From NCBI GenBank assembly GCA_040902195.1, contig JBBDXS010000011.1:86398-150397 (forward strand): a stretch of DNA of 64,000 nt, read 5' to 3'. A model generated the notes under the pieces. It did no database searches. It was not told the origin of the DNA and was given only the letters and a program-made list of their open reading frames with translations. A program made the translations under genes and the position numbers. This DNA is from Dehalococcoidia bacterium. GTDB lineage: Bacteria; Chloroflexota; Dehalococcoidia; DSTF01; RBG-16-68-14. This document shows positions 38,544 to 47,885 of the stretch, one piece after another (positions within the stretch are counted from its first letter, which is position 1; every line of letters starts with the position of its first letter).

Positions 38544-38628
38544 CCCGTTTCACCATCCATCTCGATCGATCTCCGTTTCCCTGCTCCTCGTTCCTGCGTT
38601 GCTACCGCCGCGCCGGCTGCCAGAAGAC

Positions 38629-38717
38629 GCTGTAGGGATAGGCCTTCAGGCCTGTCCGGCCCTCTCGAAATGTCTGCGTATGGGCCGGACAGAGCCAAAG
38701 CTCTGTCCCTACAGATC
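38629..38717. repeat. Two GTAGGGA-type hairpins (family B) in inverted orientation
   Basis: gtagggataggccttcaggcctgtcc and ggacagagccaaagctctgtccctac. Confidence 0.65.
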
Positions 38718-38733
38718 TCGTCCTCGATCAGTC

Positions 38734-39588
38734 TCATAACGCTTGTTCGTCCCACGTTCCCGGTCGAGAGGTCGGCTGCCAGAAGCGGAAGAAGTGGTGC
38801 ACCGGCCCGTGTCCGTGGCCGATCGGATACGCCGACTGCAGCGCCTTCGTGACGTACGCCTTCGCCATCGCGACGGCGCCCCGAGGCGTCTCGCCGCGCG
38901 CGAGCCCCGCCGCGATCGCCGACGCGAACGTGCAGCCGGTCCCGTGCGTGCTCGTCGTCTGGACGCGCGAGGTGCTGAACTCGTGCAAGTCCGTGCCGTC
39001 GAAGAAGAGGTCGGTCACAGGGGCGTTCGGGTCGGCGCCGGGGAGCGCGTGGCCACCCTTCATCACGACCGCCTGCGCGCCCATCGCGACCAGGTCCCGC
39101 GCGCCCGCGCGCACGTCTTCCCATGTGGCGATGTGCCTGCCTAGCAGCACCTCGGCCTCGGGCAGGTTTGGCGTCAGGACGGTGCATATCGGTACCAACA
39201 GCTCGCGCAGCGCGTCGACGGCGTCCTGCCGCAGCAGCTGGTCGCCGCTCTTGGCCACCATCACGGGGTCGACGACCAGCAGTCGCAAGCCGTGCTGCTT
39301 CGCCTTCTCCGCGACGACCGCGACGGTCGCCGCGTTCGCGAGCATACCCGTCTTCGTCGCAGCGACGTCGAGGTCCGAGACGACGGCGTCGATCTGCGCG
39401 GCGACGAGCTCCGGCGGCAGCTCGAAGACCTCGCTGACGCGCTGCGTGTTCTGTGCGGTGATCGCGGTGATCGCGGACGCGCCGTAGACGCCGAGCGCGG
39501 CGAACGTCTTGAGGTCGGCCTGGATGCCGGCGCCGCCGCTGGAGTCGGAGCCGGCGATCGTCAGCGCCACGGGCGCGGTCGCCCTCAT
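38734..39588 (-). CDS. thiD: Hydroxymethylpyrimidine/phosphomethylpyrimidine kinase
   Basis: [59 protein letters not shown]. Confidence 0.92.
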   Translation of the reverse strand: MRATAPVALTIAGSDSSGGAGIQADLKTFAALGVYGASAITAITAQNTQRVSEVFELPPELVAAQIDAVVSDLDVAATKTGMLANAATVAVVAEKAKQHGLRLLVVDPVMVAKSGDQLLRQDAVDALRELLVPICTVLTPNLPEAEVLLGRHIATWEDVRAGARDLVAMGAQAVVMKGGHALPGADPNAPVTDLFFDGTDLHEFSTSRVQTTSTHGTGCTFASAIAAGLARGETPRGAVAMAKAYVTKALQSAYPIGHGHGPVHHFFRFWQPTSRPGTWDEQAL

Positions 39589-39632
39589 CTCGATGGCTCC
39601 GAGATGGTTCGCTTGGTGGTGGAGGTGCCCGG

Positions 39633-39661
39633 CAACAAAATCGCCACCGGGATGCCGGCGG
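39633..39661 (-). terminator. Intrinsic terminator acting as riboswitch expression platform
   Basis: Minus strand reads GCCGCCGG-CAUC-CCGGUGGC followed by GAUUUUGUU. It lies between the TPP aptamer and the thiD start. Confidence 0.5.
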
Positions 39662-39667
39662 CGTAAA

Positions 39668-39765
39668 TCATACGTCCCTTCGCTGGCATTACCCAGATCA
39701 GGTTAGGCGGTCGCCCCGATTCGGTCGAGGCCTCTCAGCCGGGCCATAGCCCCAGCTCCCGCTCG
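39668..39765 (-). promoter_or_regulatory. TPP (THI-box) riboswitch
   Basis: Minus strand reads ggggctatggcccggCTGAGAggcctcgaccgaatcggggcgaccgcctAACCTGATCTGGGTAATGCCAGCGaagggac. Both conserved THI-box blocks are present, upstream of thiD. Confidence 0.85.
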
Positions 39766-39787
39766 CTATTCGATTCGTTTTCGTAGA

Positions 39788-40309
39788 CTAACGCCGGGCG
39801 CGCGCGCCTGTCAAGGAACGTGCCGGCCGGTGGCCGTTGCGATGCCCGTTGCGGCTCTGCGCCAGGAACTTCTTGTAGGCGAGCACTGCGCCTTCGTACT
39901 CGCCTTCCCGCGCGAGCGCGTAGTGCACGGGCACGCGATAGCGGCGGAAGAGGTTCCAGGCGCGCGCCCAGAACTGGGGCGAGTGGCCCTCGTCCGGCGT
40001 GCCGAGCCAGTGGGCCAGCTCATGGAGGAGGACGAGGCGCTGGTCGACCGGGTCGTAGCCCGCCGCCATCGAGACGCAGTTGCCGCGCCGGAAGCTATCG
40101 GCGGAGCCCGCCGACCGGCGGCGCCGGGTCTGCCGCCAGTAGATGGCAGGCGCAGGCTGGCGCCGCCGCCGCGCCACCTCCTTCACCATCCGCTCAGCCC
40201 AATCCGGCGTAGGCACCGATCTAAACCCTCCCCCTCTTGAGTAACTTATGTCCAGCGAAAGCGCCAGGGTTTCGTGGCACATCCGCGTAAACAGCTCATG
40301 AAAGAACAT
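39788..40309 (-). CDS. Putative zinc metallopeptidase (SprT/WLM-like, HExxH)
   Basis: RLVLLHELAHWLGTPDEGHSPQFW has HELAH plus a downstream His. The start codon is uncertain. Confidence 0.5.
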   Translation of the reverse strand: MFFHELFTRMCHETLALSLDISYSRGGGFRSVPTPDWAERMVKEVARRRRQPAPAIYWRQTRRRRSAGSADSFRRGNCVSMAAGYDPVDQRLVLLHELAHWLGTPDEGHSPQFWARAWNLFRRYRVPVHYALAREGEYEGAVLAYKKFLAQSRNGHRNGHRPARSLTGARARR

Positions 40310-40375
40310 GGCCAGGCCAGTCCGGGCAAGGCGGTCACCCTTAGTCTCGGCAGGCCAGGGACAGGGGTGGAGACG

Positions 40376-43300
40376 CTACTGGCGGGTCGCGAACTCGGTC
40401 TCGGGGGCGACCTGGTAAATCTCCGTCTCACCGGACTGGAAGACCTTCTGGAGCATGCCGCCCAGGCCCGACTGGATGTTGTCGATGCCCACGCCTGGGA
40501 AGTACAGCTTCTCGAGCGCGCCGAGGATGACGTAGCGCACGTCGTACTTCTCGAGGATGTCCTGGGCCTCGGCCGGGTCACCCGTCTTGTAGAACAGCGC
40601 GACGTCTTCCTGGCGGTTCGTAACGAGCTGCGCGAAGAGCGGACGCTGCTGACGCTGGTGGAAGTCCCAGCCGGCTACGGCTGGCAGGCCGGTGTAGATC
40701 GTGTAGCGGCTGCCCCAACGATACCCCGCTCCCGTGACACCTTCGATGATGGTCGGCGAGCCCTGGACGTTATCGCGCATCCACTGGATGCCCGCGTAGT
40801 CGTCGGCGAGGTTGACCACTCCCCCCTGCTCGCCGAACTGCGCGCCGAGCATGTAAGCCATGCCGTCGTCTGTGCGCGGCTTGATCGCGCCCGGGTTATC
40901 GAAGCGGTCCTGCACGCGCTGCGGCGTCGCCACGATCGGGTAGACGACAGCGGCGAGCAGGAAGACCGCGACGCCCGCCCCGAAGGCCGGCTGGTACCAA
41001 TGCGAGAACCGGATCCGCGGTATCGGCACCCGTATCGCCGACACCTTCGGGCGGACGACATCGAGGACGTACCACGCACCGAACGCGGCGGCAGTGGCGT
41101 ACAGAAGCCAGATGTGCAGATAGAACTTGAAGACCGTGTTCATGCGCTGGATGTCACCGTCCAGCGTGAGCAGCTCGACGGCGGCGCTGAGCAGCAGCCC
41201 GATCGCGAGTAACGAGAACACGAAGAGCTGGATGCCATCGATAGCACGCACGCGCCGCACGCCCTGCCAGGCGAGCACGAGCAGTAGCGCCAGCCCGATT
41301 AGCGCAAACGCGACGACGGGCGTCGTATGGTGCACCGACCCTGCGTCGGTCGAGCCGGCGATCGGCTTCGGCCCGGGGGCAGGCTCGAAGATCGCGCCGA
41401 AGACGTCCCGCAGGAAGCGCTCGCCGGAGAGGCCGCGAGCGGTGAAGTTGCCCGGGGCGGCATCGAGGAACCACTGCAGCCTATCGGCCGCGACGATGCC
41501 CGCCAGTGACAAGGCGACGAACACGAGCGCCAGCGTTCCGAAGAAGCGCAGGCGGCCCATGCGACGCCAGGCCCGGCTCGACATAAAGACAACGAAGCCG
41601 CCGATCATGAAGAGCATGACGCCGAAATGCGCAAGGTACTGATTGAGGGGCGTCGTCTCGCGGTCGGTCATCTGGCTGAAGCCTGTCGCGGGCAGTTGGT
41701 AGTTCGCCTGGAACGGATAGAACAGCAGAACGGACAGCAGCAGCAGCACAAAGCACTTGATCGCTCCGCGGCCGAGTACCGCCCAGCTATTGCGTCCTTC
41801 CATCATGCGCTCGCTAATCAGCACCGCAGCGAAGCCGACGATCAGGAACGGCGGGTAGTCCCACGAGTTGATCCAGCGCAGCGAGCCGACGACCAGCGCC
41901 AGCACGACGACCATCCCCCAGGCCGCCCAGCGCTGGAATTGGACGCTCTCGCGCGTCAGGCGTGTCGCGTTGATAATGACGGCGGCGCCCACGGCAAGCG
42001 CTGTGACGGCGAACGGGATCGCCATCATATGGGCGTGCAGATCGGCGAAGAGGAAGCTGAAGAACGGGAACTCCGTGATGCTGATCGTCGGCGGCATCAT
42101 GCGGCTGGACGCCCAGTACCAGTCGTAGCCGAGCGGCACGCTCTGGCCATCGATGAGCTGCGCCTTCACGCCGCCGATGAGGCCCACGAGGCCTCCCAGC
42201 AGCGGCGCGTCGACGTGCCAGGGCGAGATCCTCGAGTAGTTATCGATGAGCTGCCGCGTGCCGCCCAGGTTCCCTGCGAACATGATTAAGAACACGGTGC
42301 CTAAGCCGGCCAGCACCGGCCCTCGGGGACCGATGCGACCGCCGCCGGGTCTCCGGCGCATGAAACGGCGCGTCGTTTCGGCAAGGTTGAAGCCGAGCGA
42401 ATATGCGGCGGCCACAGCGATCGCGAAGAACGTCGGCACCGCGAGGTTGAAGCCAACCTCGGGCAGGATGCCCGTGAGCTTGATGATCGTCGCCGTCAGG
42501 AACTGGCCGAAGTAGTAGTAGTTGATGTACGCGCCCGAGAACCACGGGTCGTACGGTGGCATCTCCGTGCTGCGGATGACCGCGTTCAGGTACGCGAAGT
42601 CCATCGGCTTCTCACCGCCCCGCGCTGGGTGCCAGATGTCCGGGTTCGCGAGGCGGACGAGGTAGATCAGCAGGAACGCGACGAGAAAGAGCGACTCCCA
42701 CATCAGGATCGAGCGCCAGCGCTCGCGGACGAAGTCGCGCAGGTTCTCGCGTGTCGCGTAGGCGACGAGCGAGCCGGCGAGCAGCATAAGCAGCAGCGCG
42801 ACGGCTATCGTCGTCCGGCTGAAGTCGAAGGCCTTCAGGCTCGCGCCGAGCCATACGACATACCCGAGCGTCAAGAAGCCCAGCGGCTTCGAGAGCAGAT
42901 AGCCGCGGTCGGGTAGTCCGCGGAACAGCAGCAGCACGATGGGCAGTACCGAAAGCGAGATGACTTCGAACACGAAGAGCCACGCCCAGAGCGGCACCTT
43001 GTTGGAGATGCTGTCCTCATCGAAGATTTCGCTGAACGTGCCGCCCTGCTGCTGCACTTTCAGGTCGTCCGGGCGCAGGAGCAGCGCGTTCTTCGCGGCT
43101 TGTTCCGGCGTCATGTTCACGCCCGGGACGAAGGAATCGGCGCCCAGCACGGCCACCGCGCGGTCGTGGCTATACGCCTGTGTCTTCTGGAAAATATAGA
43201 CCGGCGGATGGTCGTAGACCGTCCACGCCTCCTCTGCGCCGATGTCCGGTATCTCGATGCCGAGGACGCTCGGGTAGGACGTCTCCTTGTGGACGAGATC

Positions 43301-45220
43301 GAACCCCAGTTCGCCGCTGAACAGCGTGTCGTAGTAGCGCACGGTGACAGGCCAGATGGCTGGCGCGCGCGGGATCGTCTTCGAAAGACGCGTCGAGCTA
43401 AGGACGATGTAGTCGACGGCGTCGAGGTTTTGGACGAGCTTATCGACTTTCTCCGGCGTGTCGCCCTCGTAGTTATCGAACGTGAGATGTGTGTACGGCG
43501 CGCCATCGCCGATGCCGGGCAGCGCGTAGGGGACGGGGTCGTCCCAGTGCTCGTGCCCGATCGTCGAACCCTGCGGCACATTCGCATAGAACCAGCTCGA
43601 TGCCTGGATGCGCGTGACAGGCTCGGAGTAGATGTGGAAATAGGCGAGGCCCCAGAGGATCGTCAGCACCGGCACCGCGACGGCAATCGTGCGCACGGCC
43701 ACCGGCAGCGCGTTTGAGATGAGCTCGCGCGCGCTCACCGAAAGTCCGCTGAGCCATCGCGTTGCCGGCTCGGGTAACGACGGTTTGGCCGCCCACGACA
43801 GCATCGCCATGACGAGGGCGGCTGCGAACACCGTGAGCGCGGGGTAGAGCGGCAGGAAGTAGCGCATGTAGAGGGTGAACTGGCCGCCCATGAACAGGAA
43901 GTACCCGGCCACCCACACGAGCGGCACGATGAGCACAAGCTCTCGCTTTCGCACGACGCGCGAGGCAAGGTAGAAGAAGCCCAGCCAGCCTGCGATGCCC
44001 AGCGCCGGCCCCAGGCCCCAGACGATCATCTGCTGGAGCGGGTAGAGCCACGGCGTCCTGCCGATCCACTGCACGTTGGGCGGCCAGGACGAAGAGCCCC
44101 TCAGCAGGTTCTGCTGGTTGGTCTGGTCCGCCACCCACTCCGGGTTCAGGTTGAGCACCTGTCCGATGCCCTCGGTCAGCCCACCGCACTTCTGCTCGCA
44201 GGCGAAGTCGTCCTTCACGATATTGACGTCGCTAACGCCCGGCGTCTGGAAGGCGTACGGCTGGCCGATGCGGAAGATGACGAACGCTACGACGAGTGAG
44301 AGCCCGATGCCGAGCAGCGCGCGTCCGAACGCCATGCGCGCGCCCTGCGCCACGATGCTGCTCGCGCGCGGACGAGAGCGCCACATGTCCCCGATTACGG
44401 GTTCGACGGCGGGCCAGGCGCGCACGAAACCCGCTAGCCCGACGACGGGCATCAGCGACACGGCAGTCAGCTTCGACGCCGTCGCGAGGCCGACAAATAG
44501 CCCGGCCAGCGCGTAGTCGCGCCAGCGTCCGTCCTGCACGATGCGGATCGCGTAGTAGACGGCGCCTGCGGCGAAGCACGTCATGAACGCGTCGACGACA
44601 AAGAAATGGCTGTGCTGGATCGGCAGCGCGGCGAACGCGTACATGAGCGCCGCCAGCAACCCCGCCCGCGAGCCGAACAGGCGCTTCGCGATCAAGAACA
44701 CGAAGATGACCGTGCCGATATCGGCGAGGCCGCTCAGCGTGCGCCCGACGGAGTACAGGCCACTGTACGAATCGCGCTCGCCGAAGTCGAGCGGCCCGAC
44801 GCCGAGCGGTCCCGAGACAGCACCGCCGATCTTGCCCAGGAAGATCGGAACGGTGCCGTAGACGAAGCTCGGCACTTCCTGGTTGTACGGATTGAGCGAC
44901 GAGGTTTCCGTGTCGAAGAAGTCGGAGATGCTGCCAGGTATCGCCAGCTTGGACGTCGAATCGACGACGTGGCGCTCGTCCGGATGGAGGCCGTTGCCGC
45001 CGTCCCAGTTGATCGCGGTCAGGCGCAGCACGCCCGCGAGGATTACGATAACCGCCAGCGCCACGGCCGTGAGCATGGCCTCGGAGATCGCGAACTCTCG
45101 TGTGCGGGGCAGCGGACGTGAGATACCGGCGGGCGGCTGGCCACCGAAGGGCTCGGCGATCTGCGAGCGCATTTCGGGGGTGGGGCCGGTGGAGATTCTA
45201 CTGATCGGTTCTTCAGCCAT
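40376..45220 (-). CDS. Giant polytopic membrane protein: N-terminal ArnT-like GT-C region + DUF2298 / Chlor_Arch_YYY domain
   Basis: 1614 aa with more than 25 hydrophobic segments. PPYDPWFSGAYINYYYFGQF carries the YYY signature. Confidence 0.85.
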   Translation of the reverse strand: MAEEPISRISTGPTPEMRSQIAEPFGGQPPAGISRPLPRTREFAISEAMLTAVALAVIVILAGVLRLTAINWDGGNGLHPDERHVVDSTSKLAIPGSISDFFDTETSSLNPYNQEVPSFVYGTVPIFLGKIGGAVSGPLGVGPLDFGERDSYSGLYSVGRTLSGLADIGTVIFVFLIAKRLFGSRAGLLAALMYAFAALPIQHSHFFVVDAFMTCFAAGAVYYAIRIVQDGRWRDYALAGLFVGLATASKLTAVSLMPVVGLAGFVRAWPAVEPVIGDMWRSRPRASSIVAQGARMAFGRALLGIGLSLVVAFVIFRIGQPYAFQTPGVSDVNIVKDDFACEQKCGGLTEGIGQVLNLNPEWVADQTNQQNLLRGSSSWPPNVQWIGRTPWLYPLQQMIVWGLGPALGIAGWLGFFYLASRVVRKRELVLIVPLVWVAGYFLFMGGQFTLYMRYFLPLYPALTVFAAALVMAMLSWAAKPSLPEPATRWLSGLSVSARELISNALPVAVRTIAVAVPVLTILWGLAYFHIYSEPVTRIQASSWFYANVPQGSTIGHEHWDDPVPYALPGIGDGAPYTHLTFDNYEGDTPEKVDKLVQNLDAVDYIVLSSTRLSKTIPRAPAIWPVTVRYYDTLFSGELGFDLVHKETSYPSVLGIEIPDIGAEEAWTVYDHPPVYIFQKTQAYSHDRAVAVLGADSFVPGVNMTPEQAAKNALLLRPDDLKVQQQGGTFSEIFDEDSISNKVPLWAWLFVFEVISLSVLPIVLLLFRGLPDRGYLLSKPLGFLTLGYVVWLGASLKAFDFSRTTIAVALLLMLLAGSLVAYATRENLRDFVRERWRSILMWESLFLVAFLLIYLVRLANPDIWHPARGGEKPMDFAYLNAVIRSTEMPPYDPWFSGAYINYYYFGQFLTATIIKLTGILPEVGFNLAVPTFFAIAVAAAYSLGFNLAETTRRFMRRRPGGGRIGPRGPVLAGLGTVFLIMFAGNLGGTRQLIDNYSRISPWHVDAPLLGGLVGLIGGVKAQLIDGQSVPLGYDWYWASSRMMPPTISITEFPFFSFLFADLHAHMMAIPFAVTALAVGAAVIINATRLTRESVQFQRWAAWGMVVVLALVVGSLRWINSWDYPPFLIVGFAAVLISERMMEGRNSWAVLGRGAIKCFVLLLLSVLLFYPFQANYQLPATGFSQMTDRETTPLNQYLAHFGVMLFMIGGFVVFMSSRAWRRMGRLRFFGTLALVFVALSLAGIVAADRLQWFLDAAPGNFTARGLSGERFLRDVFGAIFEPAPGPKPIAGSTDAGSVHHTTPVVAFALIGLALLLVLAWQGVRRVRAIDGIQLFVFSLLAIGLLLSAAVELLTLDGDIQRMNTVFKFYLHIWLLYATAAAFGAWYVLDVVRPKVSAIRVPIPRIRFSHWYQPAFGAGVAVFLLAAVVYPIVATPQRVQDRFDNPGAIKPRTDDGMAYMLGAQFGEQGGVVNLADDYAGIQWMRDNVQGSPTIIEGVTGAGYRWGSRYTIYTGLPAVAGWDFHQRQQRPLFAQLVTNRQEDVALFYKTGDPAEAQDILEKYDVRYVILGALEKLYFPGVGIDNIQSGLGGMLQKVFQSGETEIYQVAPETEFATRQ

Positions 45221-45349
45221 AAGGAGTGAAGCGGGCCACAGATCCGCTATTGTAGCACGGCGCGACCGTACCAGATACCATAACGCCCCTGCGCGTCGCT
45301 TCGTTCCCGCTTCACTTCGAGAGTAATTCGCCCTAACGAACGCCGTGGA

Positions 45350-45814
45350 TCACTCGGAGGCTGGCTGAACGGTGATCGTGCCGTGCATCCCGAGCCCCTC
45401 GTGGTTGCCGATCGTGCAATAGAATTCGTACGTGCCCGGCTGGGACGGCACGAAATCGAGTGTGCCGGAGTTCCCGGAGTCCGCGCTGACGAACGCCTCG
45501 CCTTCCTTGGCCTCGAGGGGGCCGGAGCTATTGGAGCTGACAGAATCGACGGCCAAGTCGCGGATCTTCAGGTCGTGCAGGATCTCGCCGTCGTTCTGGA
45601 GGACGAACCGCACCTGTTCGCCCTGCGTCAGCACAATGGCCGGCGGCTCGAAGCGCCATTCGGAAGCGCGTATGGCGAGCTCACCGCCCGTAGGCGCGAC
45701 GGGCGTGGCGGCCGCGCCATCGGGCTCGTTATCCGAGCCGCCGCAGGAGATTAGCAGCGCTGCCGGCAGGACGAGGGCGAGGGCGGCGAGAACGAGCCGC
45801 GGGCGTCCTACCAT
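45350..45814 (-). CDS. Cupredoxin-like (type 1 copper) lipoprotein
   Basis: The start is moved to ATG at the complement of 45812-45814. LLISCGG is a lipobox. The C-terminal YCTIGNHEGLGMHG provides Cys-His-Met copper ligands. Confidence 0.7.
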   Translation of the reverse strand: MVGRPRLVLAALALVLPAALLISCGGSDNEPDGAAATPVAPTGGELAIRASEWRFEPPAIVLTQGEQVRFVLQNDGEILHDLKIRDLAVDSVSSNSSGPLEAKEGEAFVSADSGNSGTLDFVPSQPGTYEFYCTIGNHEGLGMHGTITVQPASE

Positions 45815-46821
45815 CCCTTCGCGGCGACGAGCGCCGTGAGGTCGGCGAGGCGGCAGGCGTAGCCCCACTCGTTGTCGTACCAGGCGGCCACCTTCACGAG
45901 GTTGCCCGCGACGACGTTCGTGACGTTGGCGTGCACGATGGACGAGTGCGTGTCGCCCTTCATGTCCATCGAGACCACGTCATCATCGATGACGTCGAGG
46001 ATGCCCTTCATCTTTTCCGAGGCGGCGTCGCGCATGGCGGCGTTGACCTCCTCGGGCGTCGTCTCCTTCTCTGTGAGGCAGACGACCTCGACGATCGAGA
46101 CCGTGGGCGTCGGCACGCGATAGGCGAGGCCGTCCAGCTTGCCCTCGATCTCCGGGATGACGAGCTTAAGCGCCTTCGCGGCGCCGGTCGTAAACGGGAC
46201 AATATTCATCGCGGCAGCGCGGCCTTCCCGGAGGTCCTTGTGGCCGACGTCCAGGACACGCTGGGTGTTCGTATAGGAGTGGACGGTGGTCATTTGCCCC
46301 TTCAGGATGCCGAAGTTGTCGAGCAGGACCTTGACCGGCGGGGCGAGTCCGTTCGTGGTGCAAGAAGCGTTCGAGATGACGTGGTGCCTGGCCGGATCGT
46401 ACTTGTCGGCATTGACGCCCAGGACAAAGGTTGCGTCCTCGTTCTTCGCCGGGGCGGAGATGATCACCTTCTTGACCGTGGTACTCAGGTGGGCGCGAGC
46501 CAGCTCTGCGTCCGTAAAGAGGCCCGTAGCCTCGAGGACGATCTCAGCGCCTGTCTGCTCCCAGGGGATAGCGCCGGGATCGCGTTCGGCGAACACGGGG
46601 ATCGCGCGGCCATCGACCGTGATTGCGCTGTCCGAGGCCTGGACGGTGCCGTCGAAGCGACCGTAGTTGGAGTCGTACTTGAGGAGATGCGCGTTCGTTG
46701 CGGCATCGAAGAGGTCGTTAATCGCGACGACCTCGAGCGTGCCGCCGTGGCGCTCGCGCATCGCCTTCAAGACCTGCCTGCCGATGCGCCCGAAGCCGTT
46801 GATGCCTACCCTGGTAGCCAT
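45808..46821 (-). CDS. gap: Type I glyceraldehyde-3-phosphate dehydrogenase
   Basis: INGFGRIGR, SNASCTTN, WYDNEWGY. aggagggc RBS. Confidence 0.95.
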   Translation of the reverse strand: MATRVGINGFGRIGRQVLKAMRERHGGTLEVVAINDLFDAATNAHLLKYDSNYGRFDGTVQASDSAITVDGRAIPVFAERDPGAIPWEQTGAEIVLEATGLFTDAELARAHLSTTVKKVIISAPAKNEDATFVLGVNADKYDPARHHVISNASCTTNGLAPPVKVLLDNFGILKGQMTTVHSYTNTQRVLDVGHKDLREGRAAAMNIVPFTTGAAKALKLVIPEIEGKLDGLAYRVPTPTVSIVEVVCLTEKETTPEEVNAAMRDAASEKMKGILDVIDDDVVSMDMKGDTHSSIVHANVTNVVAGNLVKVAAWYDNEWGYACRLADLTALVAAKGW

Positions 46822-46893
46822 GAAAGCCCTCCTGACCGCGTCCCTGTGAGTCGTGTCTGCGGACTTTCATGATATCGCAGCGCGGCGAATCGG

Positions 46894-47565
46894 TCACATC
46901 GCTGGCGATGCGACCGTGGCGACGCGGCCCGCGGCGGCGGTAGCGCGAGGCTGGCGGAGCAGCTCGATGAAGCGCGAGGCCTGTCGCTTCGAGAGCTGCG
47001 CCGGCACCGCGCCGAAGAGCGCCCGGCAGCGCTCGTCGACGGCGGGCTCAAGGACGCCGCTATCACGTCCGATCGAGTAGATCGCCTTGATCTGCGATGG
47101 CGTCGCCGGCGGCTGCTCGGCGTCGCGGATGACCTTGAGGTCGCTCCGCCGCACGGGCGAGTCGACGACGCGCTGGCGAGTGAGTGTAGACGTGGGGCGG
47201 CTTGTCGTTCGCCGAGGCTCGCTTCCGGGCTTGCGATTCACGGAGAAGTCGAAGTCCTCACAGAACTGAGTGCCGTAGCCGAGAGCGGCAAGCGCGCGGC
47301 CGAGCGCCTTCGTTTCGGCCTTTTCGATGTAGTCTCCGAAGTCGCCCTCAGTCTCGCTGCCCCAGCCGGTCGCGACGCCCTCGCCCGGGACGGTAACGCG
47401 CGCCCGGAAGAGGGCGAGGCCGTCGCCGAACTTGGCGAGCTCAGTCTCGATTATGGCGTCGGGGTGCTCGGTCCGGAGCCAGAGCAGCCGCCACTTCACC
47501 TCGAGGTAGTCCTTGCCGTGGAGATCGGAGAGGTACTTGCTGGCGTCGAAGTTCTTCGTCGACAT
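46894..47565 (-). CDS. Hypothetical protein with Rad52/DdrA-like single-strand-annealing-type N-domain (tentative)
   Basis: YLEVKWRLLWLRTEHPD...ATGWGSE...DYIEKAETKALGRALAALGYG resembles the Rad52-family core. The C-terminal helical domain is PSQIKAIYSIG...LSKRQASRFIELL. Confidence 0.55.
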   Translation of the reverse strand: MSTKNFDASKYLSDLHGKDYLEVKWRLLWLRTEHPDAIIETELAKFGDGLALFRARVTVPGEGVATGWGSETEGDFGDYIEKAETKALGRALAALGYGTQFCEDFDFSVNRKPGSEPRRTTSRPTSTLTRQRVVDSPVRRSDLKVIRDAEQPPATPSQIKAIYSIGRDSGVLEPAVDERCRALFGAVPAQLSKRQASRFIELLRQPRATAAAGRVATVASPAM

Positions 47566-47798
47566 CGTCTTCCACCACCTTTGTCCTGTCGAGAGATCAG
47601 GAATAGAATATCTGTTCTATGGCGGGTTGTCAAGCCCGGAGTACGATGCGACGCGATCTGGTGGTGAGATCCCCTCGAAGCATTACTCAGCGCGCGCGAT
47701 CGACAAATGCACCAGCGCAGCGGCTTAGCAGATCTGCGCGCACGATGTCGTTGTGGAGAAGTTGTGTGAAATCTTTATGTTGTTCGCACAAAACGATC

Positions 47799-47827
47799 TG
47801 GACAAGAACGAAGGTCACGCGTACAAT
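47799..47827 (+). promoter_or_regulatory. Promoter candidate for xerD
   Basis: TGGACA, a 17-nt spacer, then TACAAT. A near-palindrome ttgtgtgaa...ttcgcacaa lies just upstream. Confidence 0.4.
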
Positions 47828-47885
47828 AAGCCTCAGTTATCCCCAGGCCCCCGCGAATTCTTTTCAACGAAGTGAGGTCAGCGTC

